Virus record (IMG/VR): IMGVR_UViG_3300025133_000055
Span: 1 to 64,000 of that record
Reading direction: 5' to 3' (one strand)
From: a virus
Length of the DNA stretch: 64,000 bases
Shown: positions 10,022 through 19,912 of the stretch, in pieces
How positions within the stretch are numbered: position 1 is the first letter of the stretch
Layout: each line of letters starts with the position of its first letter
Notes under the pieces: generated by a model
Database searches by the model: none
What the model was told of the DNA's origin: nothing
The model's input: only the letters and a program-made list of their open reading frames with translations
Made by a program: the position numbers and the translations under genes

Positions 10022-11380
10022 ATGCCGAAGGAAGACTTTAGCCAATACGGCAAAGACTTTCAAGAAAGCTTGTGTCATTTGATTTTAGTTGATAGACCAT
10101 TCGCAGATCAAATGTTCGAGGTTTTAAATATTAATTTTCTGGAGCTTAAATATCTCCAGGTTTTTGTGCAGTTGGTCAAAAAATATAGAGAGAAGTATTC
10201 TGTCCACCCGACAGAAAAGATTATGACATCTATTCTGAGAACAGAATTAGAAGAACATAACGACTCTGTTAAGCAACAAATTAGAAACTTCTTCGCACGA
10301 ATATCTAAAACACAGATAGAAGATTCTGAATATATTATTGAAACTTCTCTCGATTTTTGCCGCAAACAAAAGTTAAAAGAGGCAATGCTGAAATCTGTTC
10401 GACTTCTTAAGACTTCTTCTTTTGATGAAATTTCTCAGGTTATCAACGATGCCCTAAAGCTCGGCTCAGATTCTAACTTTGGTCATGACTATATAAAAGA
10501 CTTTGAGCAGCGGTTTTTATTCAAGTCTCGAAACCCCACTCCGACTGGTTGGCCAGAAATTGATACCATAACTCACCAAGGGTTGGGAGAGGGAGAACTT
10601 GGAGTGGTGATCGCCCCAACTGGAGCCGGGAAAAGTATGGCACTTGTTCATCTCGGAGCAGAAGCCCTAAAGGCTGGTAGAAATGTGGTGTATTATACTC
10701 TCGAATTGGCAGATACAGTTGTGGGATCCAGATTTGATAGCTGCATAACAAATGTACCCCTTAACGATCTTAGCTCTTTCAAAGAAGAGATTTATGAAAA
10801 GGTCCAAATGTTAAACGGAAAGCTTGTTATCAAGGAATATCCGACAAAATCCGCCAGTGTGAACACACTAAAAAATCACCTCGAAAAATTAATAAATCGC
10901 GGCTTTAAACCCGATGTGATACTGGTAGATTACGGGGATCTTTTGCGCCCAATTTCCACATTAAAAGAGAAAAGGCATGAGTTGGAGACTATTTATGAAC
11001 AGCTACGAGCACTGGCGCAAATACACAATTGTTGTGTATGGACCGCATCCCAAACGAATCGTTCTGGATTAAATGCCGAAGTTATTACAATGGAATCCAT
11101 AAGTGAGGCTTTTAATAAGTGTTTTGTCGCAGACTTTATTTTTTCAATATCCAGAACGTCGGAAGACAAATTGAGTAATTCCGGCCGCATCTTTATCGCT
11201 AAAAATAGAAACGGCATGGATGGAATCATCTATCCGATCTATATGGATACAGCAAATGTCACAATAAGAGTTGAATCCTCAACGGGTGAGACCATTGGAG
11301 ACGTTAAAAAAGAAGCTAAGAAAAGACAAGAAAAGAAATTGGTCACATTATATAAAAAAGTAAAAAACGGGGGAAAGTAA
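10022..11380 (+). CDS. replicative DnaB-family (gp41-like) helicase
   Basis: APTGAGKS, YTLE, VDYGDL, WTASQTNR, KNRNG. Confidence 0.9.
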   Translation: MPKEDFSQYGKDFQESLCHLILVDRPFADQMFEVLNINFLELKYLQVFVQLVKKYREKYSVHPTEKIMTSILRTELEEHNDSVKQQIRNFFARISKTQIEDSEYIIETSLDFCRKQKLKEAMLKSVRLLKTSSFDEISQVINDALKLGSDSNFGHDYIKDFEQRFLFKSRNPTPTGWPEIDTITHQGLGEGELGVVIAPTGAGKSMALVHLGAEALKAGRNVVYYTLELADTVVGSRFDSCITNVPLNDLSSFKEEIYEKVQMLNGKLVIKEYPTKSASVNTLKNHLEKLINRGFKPDVILVDYGDLLRPISTLKEKRHELETIYEQLRALAQIHNCCVWTASQTNRSGLNAEVITMESISEAFNKCFVADFIFSISRTSEDKLSNSGRIFIAKNRNGMDGIIYPIYMDTANVTIRVESSTGETIGDVKKEAKKRQEKKLVTLYKKVKNGGK

Positions 11381-11383
11381 TTA

Positions 11384-13636
11384 ATGTCAATCAACGCACT
11401 ACAAGAATATACGAGAATAGCAAAATATGCAAAGTATTTGCCAGAATTAAAAAGACGAGAGACTTGGAAAGAACAGGTTACCCGAGTTTTTGATATGCAC
11501 CGAGAAAGATTCAAGGACAATGACGAAATTATGTCTCTTATTGGCGAAGCCGAAACATCGGTTCACAAGAAAGAGGTACTGGGCTCTCAAAGAATTCTTC
11601 AATTCGGAGGAGATCCAATCTTTAAGCACAATGCACGTGTATACAATTGCGGCTTTGGTCACATCAACCGCACCAGAGCTTTTCAAGAACTGATGTATCT
11701 TCTTTTATGTGGTTGTGGTATTGGCTTTTCTATTCAAAAGCACCACGTTGCCTCTCTTCCTCTCGTTAATCGCCCGGATGGCACAACGGGCGCCCAAGTT
11801 TTCGTCGTTCCAGATTCTATTGAGGGCTGGGCAGATGCTATTGGTGTGTTGGTGACAAGCTACTTCGGCGGAAATCAAGAGTTTGATGAATACATTGGAC
11901 ACAGGGTTATTTTCGATTATTCAGAAGTGCGACCAGCGGGAGCACCTTTGAGTTCCGGCGCAAAGGCACCCGGCCCGGACGGACTGAAGAGGTCTATTGA
12001 GAAGATCCGACAAGTGTTTGAGACGTGCCTCGGAGATAGCAACCATATCCGCATGCGGCCCATAGATGTTTATGATATTATTATGCACGCCGCCGATGCA
12101 GTCATTTCAGGTGGTGTCAGGCGATCTGCAACTATTGCACTCTTTTCACCCGATGATGAAGAGATGGCCAGAGCAAAGACGGGTAACTGGTTTGTTGAAA
12201 ACCCTCAGCGAGGAAGATCAAACAACAGTGCCCTTCTTATCCGCGATCAAACCACAAAGGCAGAGTTTAATCAGTTGATGGAGTGGGTGCGAGAATTTGG
12301 AGAACCGGCCTTTGTGTGGGCCGAGAGTACAGAGATGGGATTTAACCCCTGTGTCGAAATTGGCCTTTATCCAGTTGACGTGGAGACAGGCAAACCTGGA
12401 TGGCAGTTTTGTAACTTGACCGAGATTAATGGGAAGAAGGCAAATACTCCAGAGAACTTTTATAAAGCTTGTCGAGCGGCCGCCATAATTGGAACACTTC
12501 AATCTTCCTATACGAGCTTTCCGTACTTAGGGGAGACAACCGAGAAAATAACAAAAAGGGAAGCGTTGCTCGGCGTCTCTATCACTGGCATGATGGATAA
12601 TGCCGAACTTCTATTTGACCCACAGGTTCAAAGAAATGGTGCCAAGATCGTTAAAGAGGTTAATAAGTGTGTCGCTTCAATAATCGGGATTAACCAAGCG
12701 GCAAGAACGACTTGTGTAAAGCCGGCAGGATCAACAAGCTGCATCCTTGGTACTGCCAGCGGTATTCACCCCCATCATGCAAAGAGATATTTCCGAAGAG
12801 TACAGGCAAATAAACAAGAGAACCCAGTTCAACATTTTAAAAAATATAATCCCCGAGCCGTTGAAGTTTCAGTGTGGGATCCAAACGAAGTCACAGAAGT
12901 TATTACTTTTCTTTGTGAAGTTCCAGTTGGAGCTAAGACAAAGAATCAAATTGATGCACTAAAGTTGTTGGAAAGTGTGAAGTTAACACAGCAGAATTGG
13001 GTTCGTTATGGAATCAATAAAGATCTTTGTACACAACCATGGTTGAGCCACAATGTTTCCAACACAATTCATGTCAAAGAAGATGAGTGGGATGAAATTG
13101 CAGACTATATTTATAAAAACAGAAAATACTTCGCAGGGATCTCCCTGATTCCATGTTCTGGAGATAAAGACTATCCACAGGCTCCATTTTGTGCCGTACC
13201 TTACCCTAACGATATCCTTCGTGAATACGGCGCAGGTTCTTTTTTTGCTTCTGGGATCATCGAAAAGGGCATCGCAGCCTTTGACCACGATCTTTGGGCC
13301 GCAAGCGATTGTTTGCTAGGAATTGGAGAGCCGCTTGATCAGGTTACTCCCGTCAAGCGAGACTGGGCCACCGCCGCCATCAAGTTCGCCCATAGTCATT
13401 TTGAGGGAAATGTTAGAAAGATGACTTATTGTTTAAAAGACGTTTATAACCTAAAGCGATGGGAAAAGCTTTCTCAAGAGTATGGAGACGTTGATTGGAC
13501 AACAATGTGTGAAGAGGAGAATAATGTACACTTTGAAGCAGACTCGGCCTGTGCCGGCGGTGCATGCGAATTGCCAATTGAATATTTAGAAGCACTTAGA
13601 GAATCGAAAAATATAATGCACCTGGAGGAAACATGA
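11384..13636 (+). CDS. nrdJ: class II (B12-dependent) ribonucleotide reductase
   Basis: YNC, GGVRRSA, NPCVEI, FCNLTE, TTCVKPAGS, C-terminal CAGGAC; no small subunit gene nearby. Confidence 0.85.
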   Translation: MSINALQEYTRIAKYAKYLPELKRRETWKEQVTRVFDMHRERFKDNDEIMSLIGEAETSVHKKEVLGSQRILQFGGDPIFKHNARVYNCGFGHINRTRAFQELMYLLLCGCGIGFSIQKHHVASLPLVNRPDGTTGAQVFVVPDSIEGWADAIGVLVTSYFGGNQEFDEYIGHRVIFDYSEVRPAGAPLSSGAKAPGPDGLKRSIEKIRQVFETCLGDSNHIRMRPIDVYDIIMHAADAVISGGVRRSATIALFSPDDEEMARAKTGNWFVENPQRGRSNNSALLIRDQTTKAEFNQLMEWVREFGEPAFVWAESTEMGFNPCVEIGLYPVDVETGKPGWQFCNLTEINGKKANTPENFYKACRAAAIIGTLQSSYTSFPYLGETTEKITKREALLGVSITGMMDNAELLFDPQVQRNGAKIVKEVNKCVASIIGINQAARTTCVKPAGSTSCILGTASGIHPHHAKRYFRRVQANKQENPVQHFKKYNPRAVEVSVWDPNEVTEVITFLCEVPVGAKTKNQIDALKLLESVKLTQQNWVRYGINKDLCTQPWLSHNVSNTIHVKEDEWDEIADYIYKNRKYFAGISLIPCSGDKDYPQAPFCAVPYPNDILREYGAGSFFASGIIEKGIAAFDHDLWAASDCLLGIGEPLDQVTPVKRDWATAAIKFAHSHFEGNVRKMTYCLKDVYNLKRWEKLSQEYGDVDWTTMCEEENNVHFEADSACAGGACELPIEYLEALRESKNIMHLEET

Positions 13637-13902
13637 AATTTGAACCCTGTAACCGATATCTACTTATAGAAAAATCATCAGCCGCAAAAGAAGAAAGCCT
13701 TATAGCTCTTCCTGATAATTTTAAAACAAAGGAAAAATATGAAAGAGTAAAAATATTATTAATAGCGTCAGATGTGAGGCCGCCCATCTCACCAGGACAA
13801 CAAGTGGTCGTTTTGGCACATATGATCGAAGAGGTTGATTTTGGCGAAGGTAAAGTCTATTTAGTGTTAGAAAATCACGTTGTAGGCGTGCTAAAGGAAT
13901 AA
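13633..13902 (+). CDS. GroES-like co-chaperonin
   Basis: FEPCNRYLLIE...LIALPD...PGQQVV...YLVLENHVVGVL pattern, 89 aa. Confidence 0.7.
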   Translation: MKFEPCNRYLLIEKSSAAKEESLIALPDNFKTKEKYERVKILLIASDVRPPISPGQQVVVLAHMIEEVDFGEGKVYLVLENHVVGVLKE

Positions 13903-13908
13903 ATACAA

Positions 13909-14058
13909 ATGAAACTGACAGATAAACAATTTTTGAATTTACTCAAAGATCTTATTAGAGAGGAAGTGGGCGATAGGGAGGTTCTTTTAGAAGCCCCGAA
14001 GAAAAAGAAAACCATTCGCGAAAAAACGAGTGCACGTGAAAAGACTAGACAAACATGA
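13909..14058 (+). CDS. 49-aa basic peptide with the MKLT...LIREE leader (not in ORF track)
   Basis: MKLTDKQFLNLLKDLIREEVGDREVLLEAPKKKKTIREKTSAREKTRQT, translated by hand. Confidence 0.65.
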   Translation: MKLTDKQFLNLLKDLIREEVGDREVLLEAPKKKKTIREKTSAREKTRQT

Positions 14059-14929
14059 ATATAAATATGAAATGATCGTTATTGGAGGGGGGCTAAATGC
14101 TCTTCTATTCTCTTATTATAATAACTATCCTTGTATTTTTTGTAAACCTCTTGTCCCCTTTATTTTTGACATGTGTAACGAGGGGTACGATTTCTCTTTT
14201 CTGGGCCTACATCCTGGCGCCAGCAAGGCGATCATCTGGCAAAGATTAATAATTTCCCTCTCTCTTGCAGGCCTTCTGCCGATGGGAGACAAAGTTGTAT
14301 CATTGGGTGTTCAAAAAGATAAATTAAAAGCTTCAACCCATAATTCTAGGCTCGGGAGGTTTGAATTTAATAAACTCATAATCTTTGATGATAAAGATAT
14401 CAGAGGTTTGTCAAAAGTAAAGGAACAGCAGTTTGGAAAGTGCAGAGTTATTGATTGGTTTCATGTTCGCTCTGGTATGGAGCATGATCATAATTTATTT
14501 GAGACCGAAGACAACTTCATTCAGAAGGTTATTTTTCACCCCTCAGACAGATTCGGAAATCAAACGTCGGGGAGACTTAGAAAAGACCTTGTGGCGATAT
14601 CATATCTTGATGAGAACCAGATAGACGATTTCGACTACTCCGACACGATGGCAAAGTTTAAAATCACACAGATGATGAAAGATGCAGGAATCAAGGGTGC
14701 TCGGAACGGCAGAGACACTTACAACCCCAATATTTATAGATACTATTCTCCCAAGATAGAAGCGGTAGAGAGACAAATAATTCCAGATATTAAAAACTTT
14801 TACCACAAGGATGAAAGATTTGAATTTCGCTATGAAACTCCGGAAGAAATTATTGAAAAGTTTAGTCGCAATCCAGAAACTTACGCATCAAAAATTGCCA
14901 ACTTAATAAATCGCGCGAACTATTTATAG
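14030..14929 (+). CDS. hypothetical protein with Rossmann-like N-terminus
   Basis: MIVIGGGLNAL dinucleotide-binding-like motif; start uncertain. Confidence 0.5.
   Translation: MHVKRLDKHEYKYEMIVIGGGLNALLFSYYNNYPCIFCKPLVPFIFDMCNEGYDFSFLGLHPGASKAIIWQRLIISLSLAGLLPMGDKVVSLGVQKDKLKASTHNSRLGRFEFNKLIIFDDKDIRGLSKVKEQQFGKCRVIDWFHVRSGMEHDHNLFETEDNFIQKVIFHPSDRFGNQTSGRLRKDLVAISYLDENQIDDFDYSDTMAKFKITQMMKDAGIKGARNGRDTYNPNIYRYYSPKIEAVERQIIPDIKNFYHKDERFEFRYETPEEIIEKFSRNPETYASKIANLINRANYL
14918..14928 (+). promoter_or_regulatory. putative phage late promoter motif
   Basis: AACTATTTATA 3 nt before the ATG. Confidence 0.6.
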
Positions 14930-14931
14930 AT

Positions 14932-16530
14932 ATGAAATCCTTATTTGAAAATTTTCGGCGCTGGTCCACACTAGATAGGACACAACTTCTTATAGAGGGA
15001 ATTCTTGACGATGTTAAAAAAAAATATCCAGACATTAACGCAGATGTAATAACGACTCTTTCCAATAAAGATCCTTCCGGCAGAAATAAATATTTAATGT
15101 GGATGGCCAACCAACTTTACACACGATTAGTTGTTATGGCTAAAGAAGCCGCAGCGACTGTCGCACCACAGGATATCCCGATATATGGTGACACTCTTGG
15201 GACACCTGCTATGTTTCGCCGGCGCTACCACATCGCCTATAACGCGGCAAAAGAGATAATAAGAGAAATAAAAAAGTTTCACGAAAACAGGCAGAGAATA
15301 AAAAACACGGATCTTGGCTCTTATAAAACCTTAGAAGATTTGAAAAAAGTTAATAGAGATCTGGGATTCACCGACAAACAAAAGAGAAAAAAGAAACGCG
15401 AAGCTGCAAGAGCCGGATCAAGTATCATTTTTCAAAATGATGATTTCTTTATGGTGAGGCCAACCACACAAAAGGCATCGTGCTACTACGGCCGGGGTGC
15501 ACCATGGTGCATTTCCAGACAGGGCAGTAATTATTTTCACCAATATACCAAAGAAGGTAAGGCTTTCTATATGATTTTGCTGAGAAATCTTGATGCCCAC
15601 GATACGGGGCAGCACATTGTAATAGTTTACAATTCGGAGCAAACAAGTACAAACCCTTCCGAAATATGGAATTTTGACAATAAGGAAATCGGATCCGTGG
15701 CTTTTTTTCGTCACATTACCAAAAACATTTTGGCCGGCCATGTTTCTGATTATGAAAGATTTTATGAAGAATATAAAACATTCTCTGGTCAGCCATCAGA
15801 AAAAATAACACCCGAAATTAAAAAAGTATCGGAAGCCATACTCGAAAATAAGGACTCCTTCAGCGGCCCAATATCGAAAGAGGAATTAAAAACATACGAC
15901 CCAGTAGATCTTGCAAACGCGATGATAAATGAATTTGAACAGGCCTATGAGACACTGGAGACTTCCGCATTTGAGAATAATTATGAAAACCCAGCAGATC
16001 CAGGTGAGGTCAACCTAGCAATTTACAATAATATCTTGGCTGAATATGAAGATAGTTTGCATGCTGTCAGTGTAGATTTAAATCTCGACAGTGAGGATCC
16101 GGAGAATATGCACTATTCCGCCGCAATGGGTTGGCCACTTCCCGATGATCTCAAATATGCATTAGACGACGACGGGGTTGCATACGATTTTGGAGACTGG
16201 CAAAATGAAATTGAAGAAATCTTCAAAGCAGCCGGAGAAGATAGAGGGATTGATCCAGATACAATAGATAGCAATGATTATAGGCAGGATCCAGTCGTTC
16301 GCTTTGACTTTTACCCAAAAATTGATGAATTGAACCATTCCGATGGATTTAGGGATTTCCTAATAAGAATTTCAGATTATGATGGGAAACATGATGAGGT
16401 TCTCCAGCTTTCGTTGCAAATGATGGAAGAGAAGGGAATTATTCGTTCCGACGAATCCGACGCCGCACTCGCCGAAAATGCTTCTTACGGAAAGTTATGT
16501 GAAAGCTGGAAGGGGTGGGTGAAGAGATGA
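14932..16530 (+). CDS. hypothetical phage protein with MKSLFENF leader
   Basis: 532 aa; DPSGRNKYLMW and ASCYYGRGAPWCIS segments typical of large-phage proteins. Confidence 0.65.
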   Translation: MKSLFENFRRWSTLDRTQLLIEGILDDVKKKYPDINADVITTLSNKDPSGRNKYLMWMANQLYTRLVVMAKEAAATVAPQDIPIYGDTLGTPAMFRRRYHIAYNAAKEIIREIKKFHENRQRIKNTDLGSYKTLEDLKKVNRDLGFTDKQKRKKKREAARAGSSIIFQNDDFFMVRPTTQKASCYYGRGAPWCISRQGSNYFHQYTKEGKAFYMILLRNLDAHDTGQHIVIVYNSEQTSTNPSEIWNFDNKEIGSVAFFRHITKNILAGHVSDYERFYEEYKTFSGQPSEKITPEIKKVSEAILENKDSFSGPISKEELKTYDPVDLANAMINEFEQAYETLETSAFENNYENPADPGEVNLAIYNNILAEYEDSLHAVSVDLNLDSEDPENMHYSAAMGWPLPDDLKYALDDDGVAYDFGDWQNEIEEIFKAAGEDRGIDPDTIDSNDYRQDPVVRFDFYPKIDELNHSDGFRDFLIRISDYDGKHDEVLQLSLQMMEEKGIIRSDESDAALAENASYGKLCESWKGWVKR

Positions 16531-17189
16531 AGCTCCTTATGGAAAACTGGCGAGAATATCTTAAAGAAGAAGCCATTGATGAAGTTTGGAATCCTTTTGG
16601 TAGACGAGACATCGACATCGGACCCCCAAGAGAGAAAAGGAATAAGAAGGAAGCTCAGATAAGTGGGGAAGACTTTAAACTCTCCGAAGAGGTCCTTGAC
16701 TACGCAAACAGTCTTATCTGTGTATTAAGTCTCCATGGAGAGGCCGGCGAGACCGGAAGACAGGCCGGCTTCCCCGATCGTGACTGTCACAAGTATCAGA
16801 AATTTGGTACTTCTCGGTGGCAGGACGACGACACATTCTATATCAGCAGCCCATACTACCGAGACTTTCCCCATGAAAACGAGACATTATCCGAGATGCT
16901 AGAAAGAGTAATAAGATTTTATGAAGAGCGCCTGGAACCACTTTTAACTAAGTTAATAATCGCGCGAGCACAAATAGAAAATTATGGTAAACGATTTCCA
17001 AAAGAACTGGGACGCACCGGGAAAGCTCACGACCGCCTCTCAAAATCAATCGGTGCTCTCGAACAGCATCGAAACGCTCTTTTGGGATTATACAAGAGGT
17101 TGCATGGTGTGGCACGTTTGCCAAAATATACACCAAAACCGGGGATATATGATCTCCAAAAATTGAGGAAGCATGCCACCGGCGCCTAA
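16527..17189 (+). CDS. hypothetical protein with MKLLMENWREYLKEE leader
   Basis: ATGA overlap with the previous stop; leader shared with 37294. Confidence 0.7.
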   Translation: MKLLMENWREYLKEEAIDEVWNPFGRRDIDIGPPREKRNKKEAQISGEDFKLSEEVLDYANSLICVLSLHGEAGETGRQAGFPDRDCHKYQKFGTSRWQDDDTFYISSPYYRDFPHENETLSEMLERVIRFYEERLEPLLTKLIIARAQIENYGKRFPKELGRTGKAHDRLSKSIGALEQHRNALLGLYKRLHGVARLPKYTPKPGIYDLQKLRKHATGA

Positions 17190-17229
17190 AAAGACAAATT
17201 TATTCAGCCCAAAACCCGATGAGGATTAA

Positions 17230-18111
17230 TTGAGCAGCTTTCATCTGGCCGGCATCATACCGGTGGCAGGACAGCCATTAGATTTCAAAATGGACTGGCA
17301 CGACGCGATGATGCCGATAGCCCCGAACTACCTCGCGGTTGAGCGAGCGGTGTATGAGTGTACTTGGGCTGGATGTGAAACCATCTGGATTGTCTGTAAC
17401 GATGACATGAAGCCGTTGATAAGACATCGACTTGGAGAGTGGGTCCAAGATCCTGTTTGGATTGGAAGAGGGCTCGATCCCTATCCATCACAGACGAGAA
17501 AACAAATCCCAATCTTTTACGTTCCGGTTCATGCAAAGGACGTGGGCAAACGAGACTGTTTATCTTGGAGCATCATTTGGGGAGCAACCACTGCTTTCAG
17601 AGTCTCGATCAAACTGAGCAAGTGGATCGTTCCCAAAAGATATTATGTGGCATTCCCTTACGGGGTTTATGATCCTGAGATTTTGAGATCACATAGAAAA
17701 GATATTTCAAGTGAGAGACCATTTATGTTGAGCCACGACGGGAAGACAGTTAAGGATAATGAGTATCTTGGATTTACATTTGGCCGCGATGACTTTGTTG
17801 CTTGTCGTAGAAAGCTCCGCGAGGGCACCGGACAGTATAATTCTGAGGTTATGGAGGACGGAATATATCCCAGGGAGAAACTGCCAAAAGAAGAAAGATA
17901 TTCTGCACGACATTTTTTACTTGACAAAATCTTTGAACCTGTTATAATAGATATAGAAAGCAAAGTTGAAGTCCCATGGTATCACAACATAGATTCTTGG
18001 GATGGCTACTGTAACTTTCTAAGTTCAGAGGAAAGAAAGAATGTTGAACGACCTCACCCGATTTTCATGTCTTATCACGAATGGAACGAAATAGGAGTTG
18101 ATGATGAATAA
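17230..18111 (+). CDS. sugar-nucleotidyltransferase-like (GT-A/NTP_transferase fold) protein
   Basis: AGIIPVAG...MMPIA...AGCETIWIV; YYVAFPYG. Confidence 0.6.
   Translation: MSSFHLAGIIPVAGQPLDFKMDWHDAMMPIAPNYLAVERAVYECTWAGCETIWIVCNDDMKPLIRHRLGEWVQDPVWIGRGLDPYPSQTRKQIPIFYVPVHAKDVGKRDCLSWSIIWGATTAFRVSIKLSKWIVPKRYYVAFPYGVYDPEILRSHRKDISSERPFMLSHDGKTVKDNEYLGFTFGRDDFVACRRKLREGTGQYNSEVMEDGIYPREKLPKEERYSARHFLLDKIFEPVIIDIESKVEVPWYHNIDSWDGYCNFLSSEERKNVERPHPIFMSYHEWNEIGVDDE
17921..17948 (+). promoter_or_regulatory. sigma70-type promoter (intragenic)
   Basis: TTGACA-N16-TATAAT with TG. Confidence 0.5.
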
Positions 18112-18730
18112 TTCTAGCGCACAAGATGACACAAGAGAGAGCCAACAAAAAGAATTGTTTGGCCTTATCGAAGAACACATTCGAGATCAAACATATGATG
18201 CAGTCTTGGATGATATCAAAATAGATTTTAAAACGAGAGCCACTGGAAAATCTTGTTCGACAAAAAGAAAATACAGACCTGATGCATTTAAGGATGTTGT
18301 TTTGGTTGTCAATGAATACAAAGATAAAAAAACCATTCGTTCAAAGGGACATCTCATTTTTCCTCCTGGTCTTAAAGATTGGAGAAAATACCAAGAGGAA
18401 AAATTATATAGCGGAGTTTCGCCAAAGCCTATAAATTATCAAGAATGCGAATTATTGAGAGCCGCCATTGATTCTGATAACACAGTGGTACTAAATCTCA
18501 TAGAAAGAATTGAAAAAGAAATTCACCTTGGGGATCCACACATTGGTTTATCTATTTTCAAAAGCGATGGAGATTACATCTATATTGATCGTAGGAAGCA
18601 TAAGTTAGAACACCCAGAATGGGTTGTTCCGTTTGATGAAAATAGCGACCATAAAAAATTAATAAGAGAGGAGATATCCAGATATAAAGAGTTTTTAAAG
18701 TTAACAGGAGTTGGTGATGAGCAAACTTGA
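18098..18730 (+). CDS. hypothetical protein
   Basis: 210-aa ORF with SD. Confidence 0.55.
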   Translation: MMMNNSSAQDDTRESQQKELFGLIEEHIRDQTYDAVLDDIKIDFKTRATGKSCSTKRKYRPDAFKDVVLVVNEYKDKKTIRSKGHLIFPPGLKDWRKYQEEKLYSGVSPKPINYQECELLRAAIDSDNTVVLNLIERIEKEIHLGDPHIGLSIFKSDGDYIYIDRRKHKLEHPEWVVPFDENSDHKKLIREEISRYKEFLKLTGVGDEQT

Positions 18731-18881
18731 TGAAGCATACATCGAGAAATTTCAAAAGGGGCGAAGAATGAAAGATAACCGGCCGAAGACCTACAAAGGA
18801 AGACAGGTAGAATACCGAGGCGAGATCTCCGATAGAGAATCTTTCGAGGGCAAAAAAGAAATTAGAAACAGGATCCAATAA
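18717..18881 (+). CDS. 54-aa hypothetical protein (not in ORF track)
   Basis: MSKLDEAYIEKFQKG...; overlaps the neighbouring stop and start codons. Confidence 0.45.
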   Translation: MSKLDEAYIEKFQKGRRMKDNRPKTYKGRQVEYRGEISDRESFEGKKEIRNRIQ

Positions 18882-18982
18882 TGAATCTTGACCATCCACT
18901 TATGCCCTTTGTACTAATCTTTATTGTTTTCCCAGCCATTGGTTTGCTTACGGCCATCGTCTCTCTTGCCTTGGGGATCTAA
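18881..18982 (+). CDS. 33-aa single-TM peptide (not in ORF track)
   Basis: MNLDHPLMPFVLIFIVFPAIGLLTAIVSLALGI; TAATG coupling on both sides. Confidence 0.5.
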   Translation: MNLDHPLMPFVLIFIVFPAIGLLTAIVSLALGI

Positions 18983-19203
18983 TGGTTGAAGAAATTAAAG
19001 AGGGAGATTTCGTATCAATCTCCTCCGAAAGAACAAGGTTTGGAGACATCATACCGGGTATAATTTTAAAAGTTATGGATGTTCCTGGCGCTCCTTATGG
19101 AAAGATGTACGAGGTTTTTACTTGCGGAACTATCATAATTTACGTTCAGGGTTTTTGGAAATTTAAAATATTAAGTAGAGCAAATGAAGAATTTAATAAA
19201 TAA
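18982..19203 (+). CDS. small beta-barrel-like hypothetical protein
   Basis: IKEGDFVS start resembles the early-region paralogue family. Confidence 0.5.
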   Translation: MVEEIKEGDFVSISSERTRFGDIIPGIILKVMDVPGAPYGKMYEVFTCGTIIIYVQGFWKFKILSRANEEFNK

Positions 19204-19912
19204 TGTTGTATGTGGCGATGCCATTCAAGTAATGAAAACAATCCCCGATGGTTCGGTGGATATGATTCTGTGTGATCTTCCTTATGGAACCACCAGGTGT
19301 AGGTGGGATACTCCACTTCCGCTGGATGAATTATGGGAACAGTATCTGAGAGTAACAAAGATGAATGCAGCGATCGTCCTGACAGCATCGCAGCCATTTA
19401 CCAGTGTCCTTATCTGTTCAAATTTGAAGCACTACAGATACAATTGGGTGTGGGAGAAGTCCAAAGCATCGGGTTATTTGAACGCAAAGAGAATGCCACT
19501 AAAAGCACACGAAGAAGTTTGCATCTTTTATAAGAAGCCGCCTACTTATAATCCTCAGTTCTGGGAGAGCACACCTTACAACAAGGGGAAGGCTCACAGG
19601 CCCACCGAGGTTTATGGAAAACAAAAATCTGTGTTAGTAAAAAGTGACGGACAACGCTATCCTCGATCAGTTCAATATTTCAAGACTGCCGAGAGCGAAG
19701 GCCAAACGCGCCACGCGACTCAGAAGCCACTGTCTCTTTTTGAGTATATGATCGAGACTTATACAAATCCGGGGGAATTAGTCCTCGATAACTGTATTGG
19801 GAGCGGCACAACTGCGGTGGCCGCAAAAAGATTAAAAAGAAGCTATATTGGTATTGACATTGACCCAGAATATGTTATAATAAGTAAAGAAAGGTTGGAG
19901 AACACACAATGA
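19184..19912 (+). CDS. N4-C/N6-A DNA methyltransferase (beta class)
   Basis: DLPYG, HATQKP, VLDNCIGSGTT. Confidence 0.9.
   Translation: MKNLINNVVCGDAIQVMKTIPDGSVDMILCDLPYGTTRCRWDTPLPLDELWEQYLRVTKMNAAIVLTASQPFTSVLICSNLKHYRYNWVWEKSKASGYLNAKRMPLKAHEEVCIFYKKPPTYNPQFWESTPYNKGKAHRPTEVYGKQKSVLVKSDGQRYPRSVQYFKTAESEGQTRHATQKPLSLFEYMIETYTNPGELVLDNCIGSGTTAVAAKRLKRSYIGIDIDPEYVIISKERLENTQ
19854..19881 (+). promoter_or_regulatory. sigma70-type promoter of dnaE
   Basis: TTGACA-N16-TATAAT with TG. Confidence 0.55.
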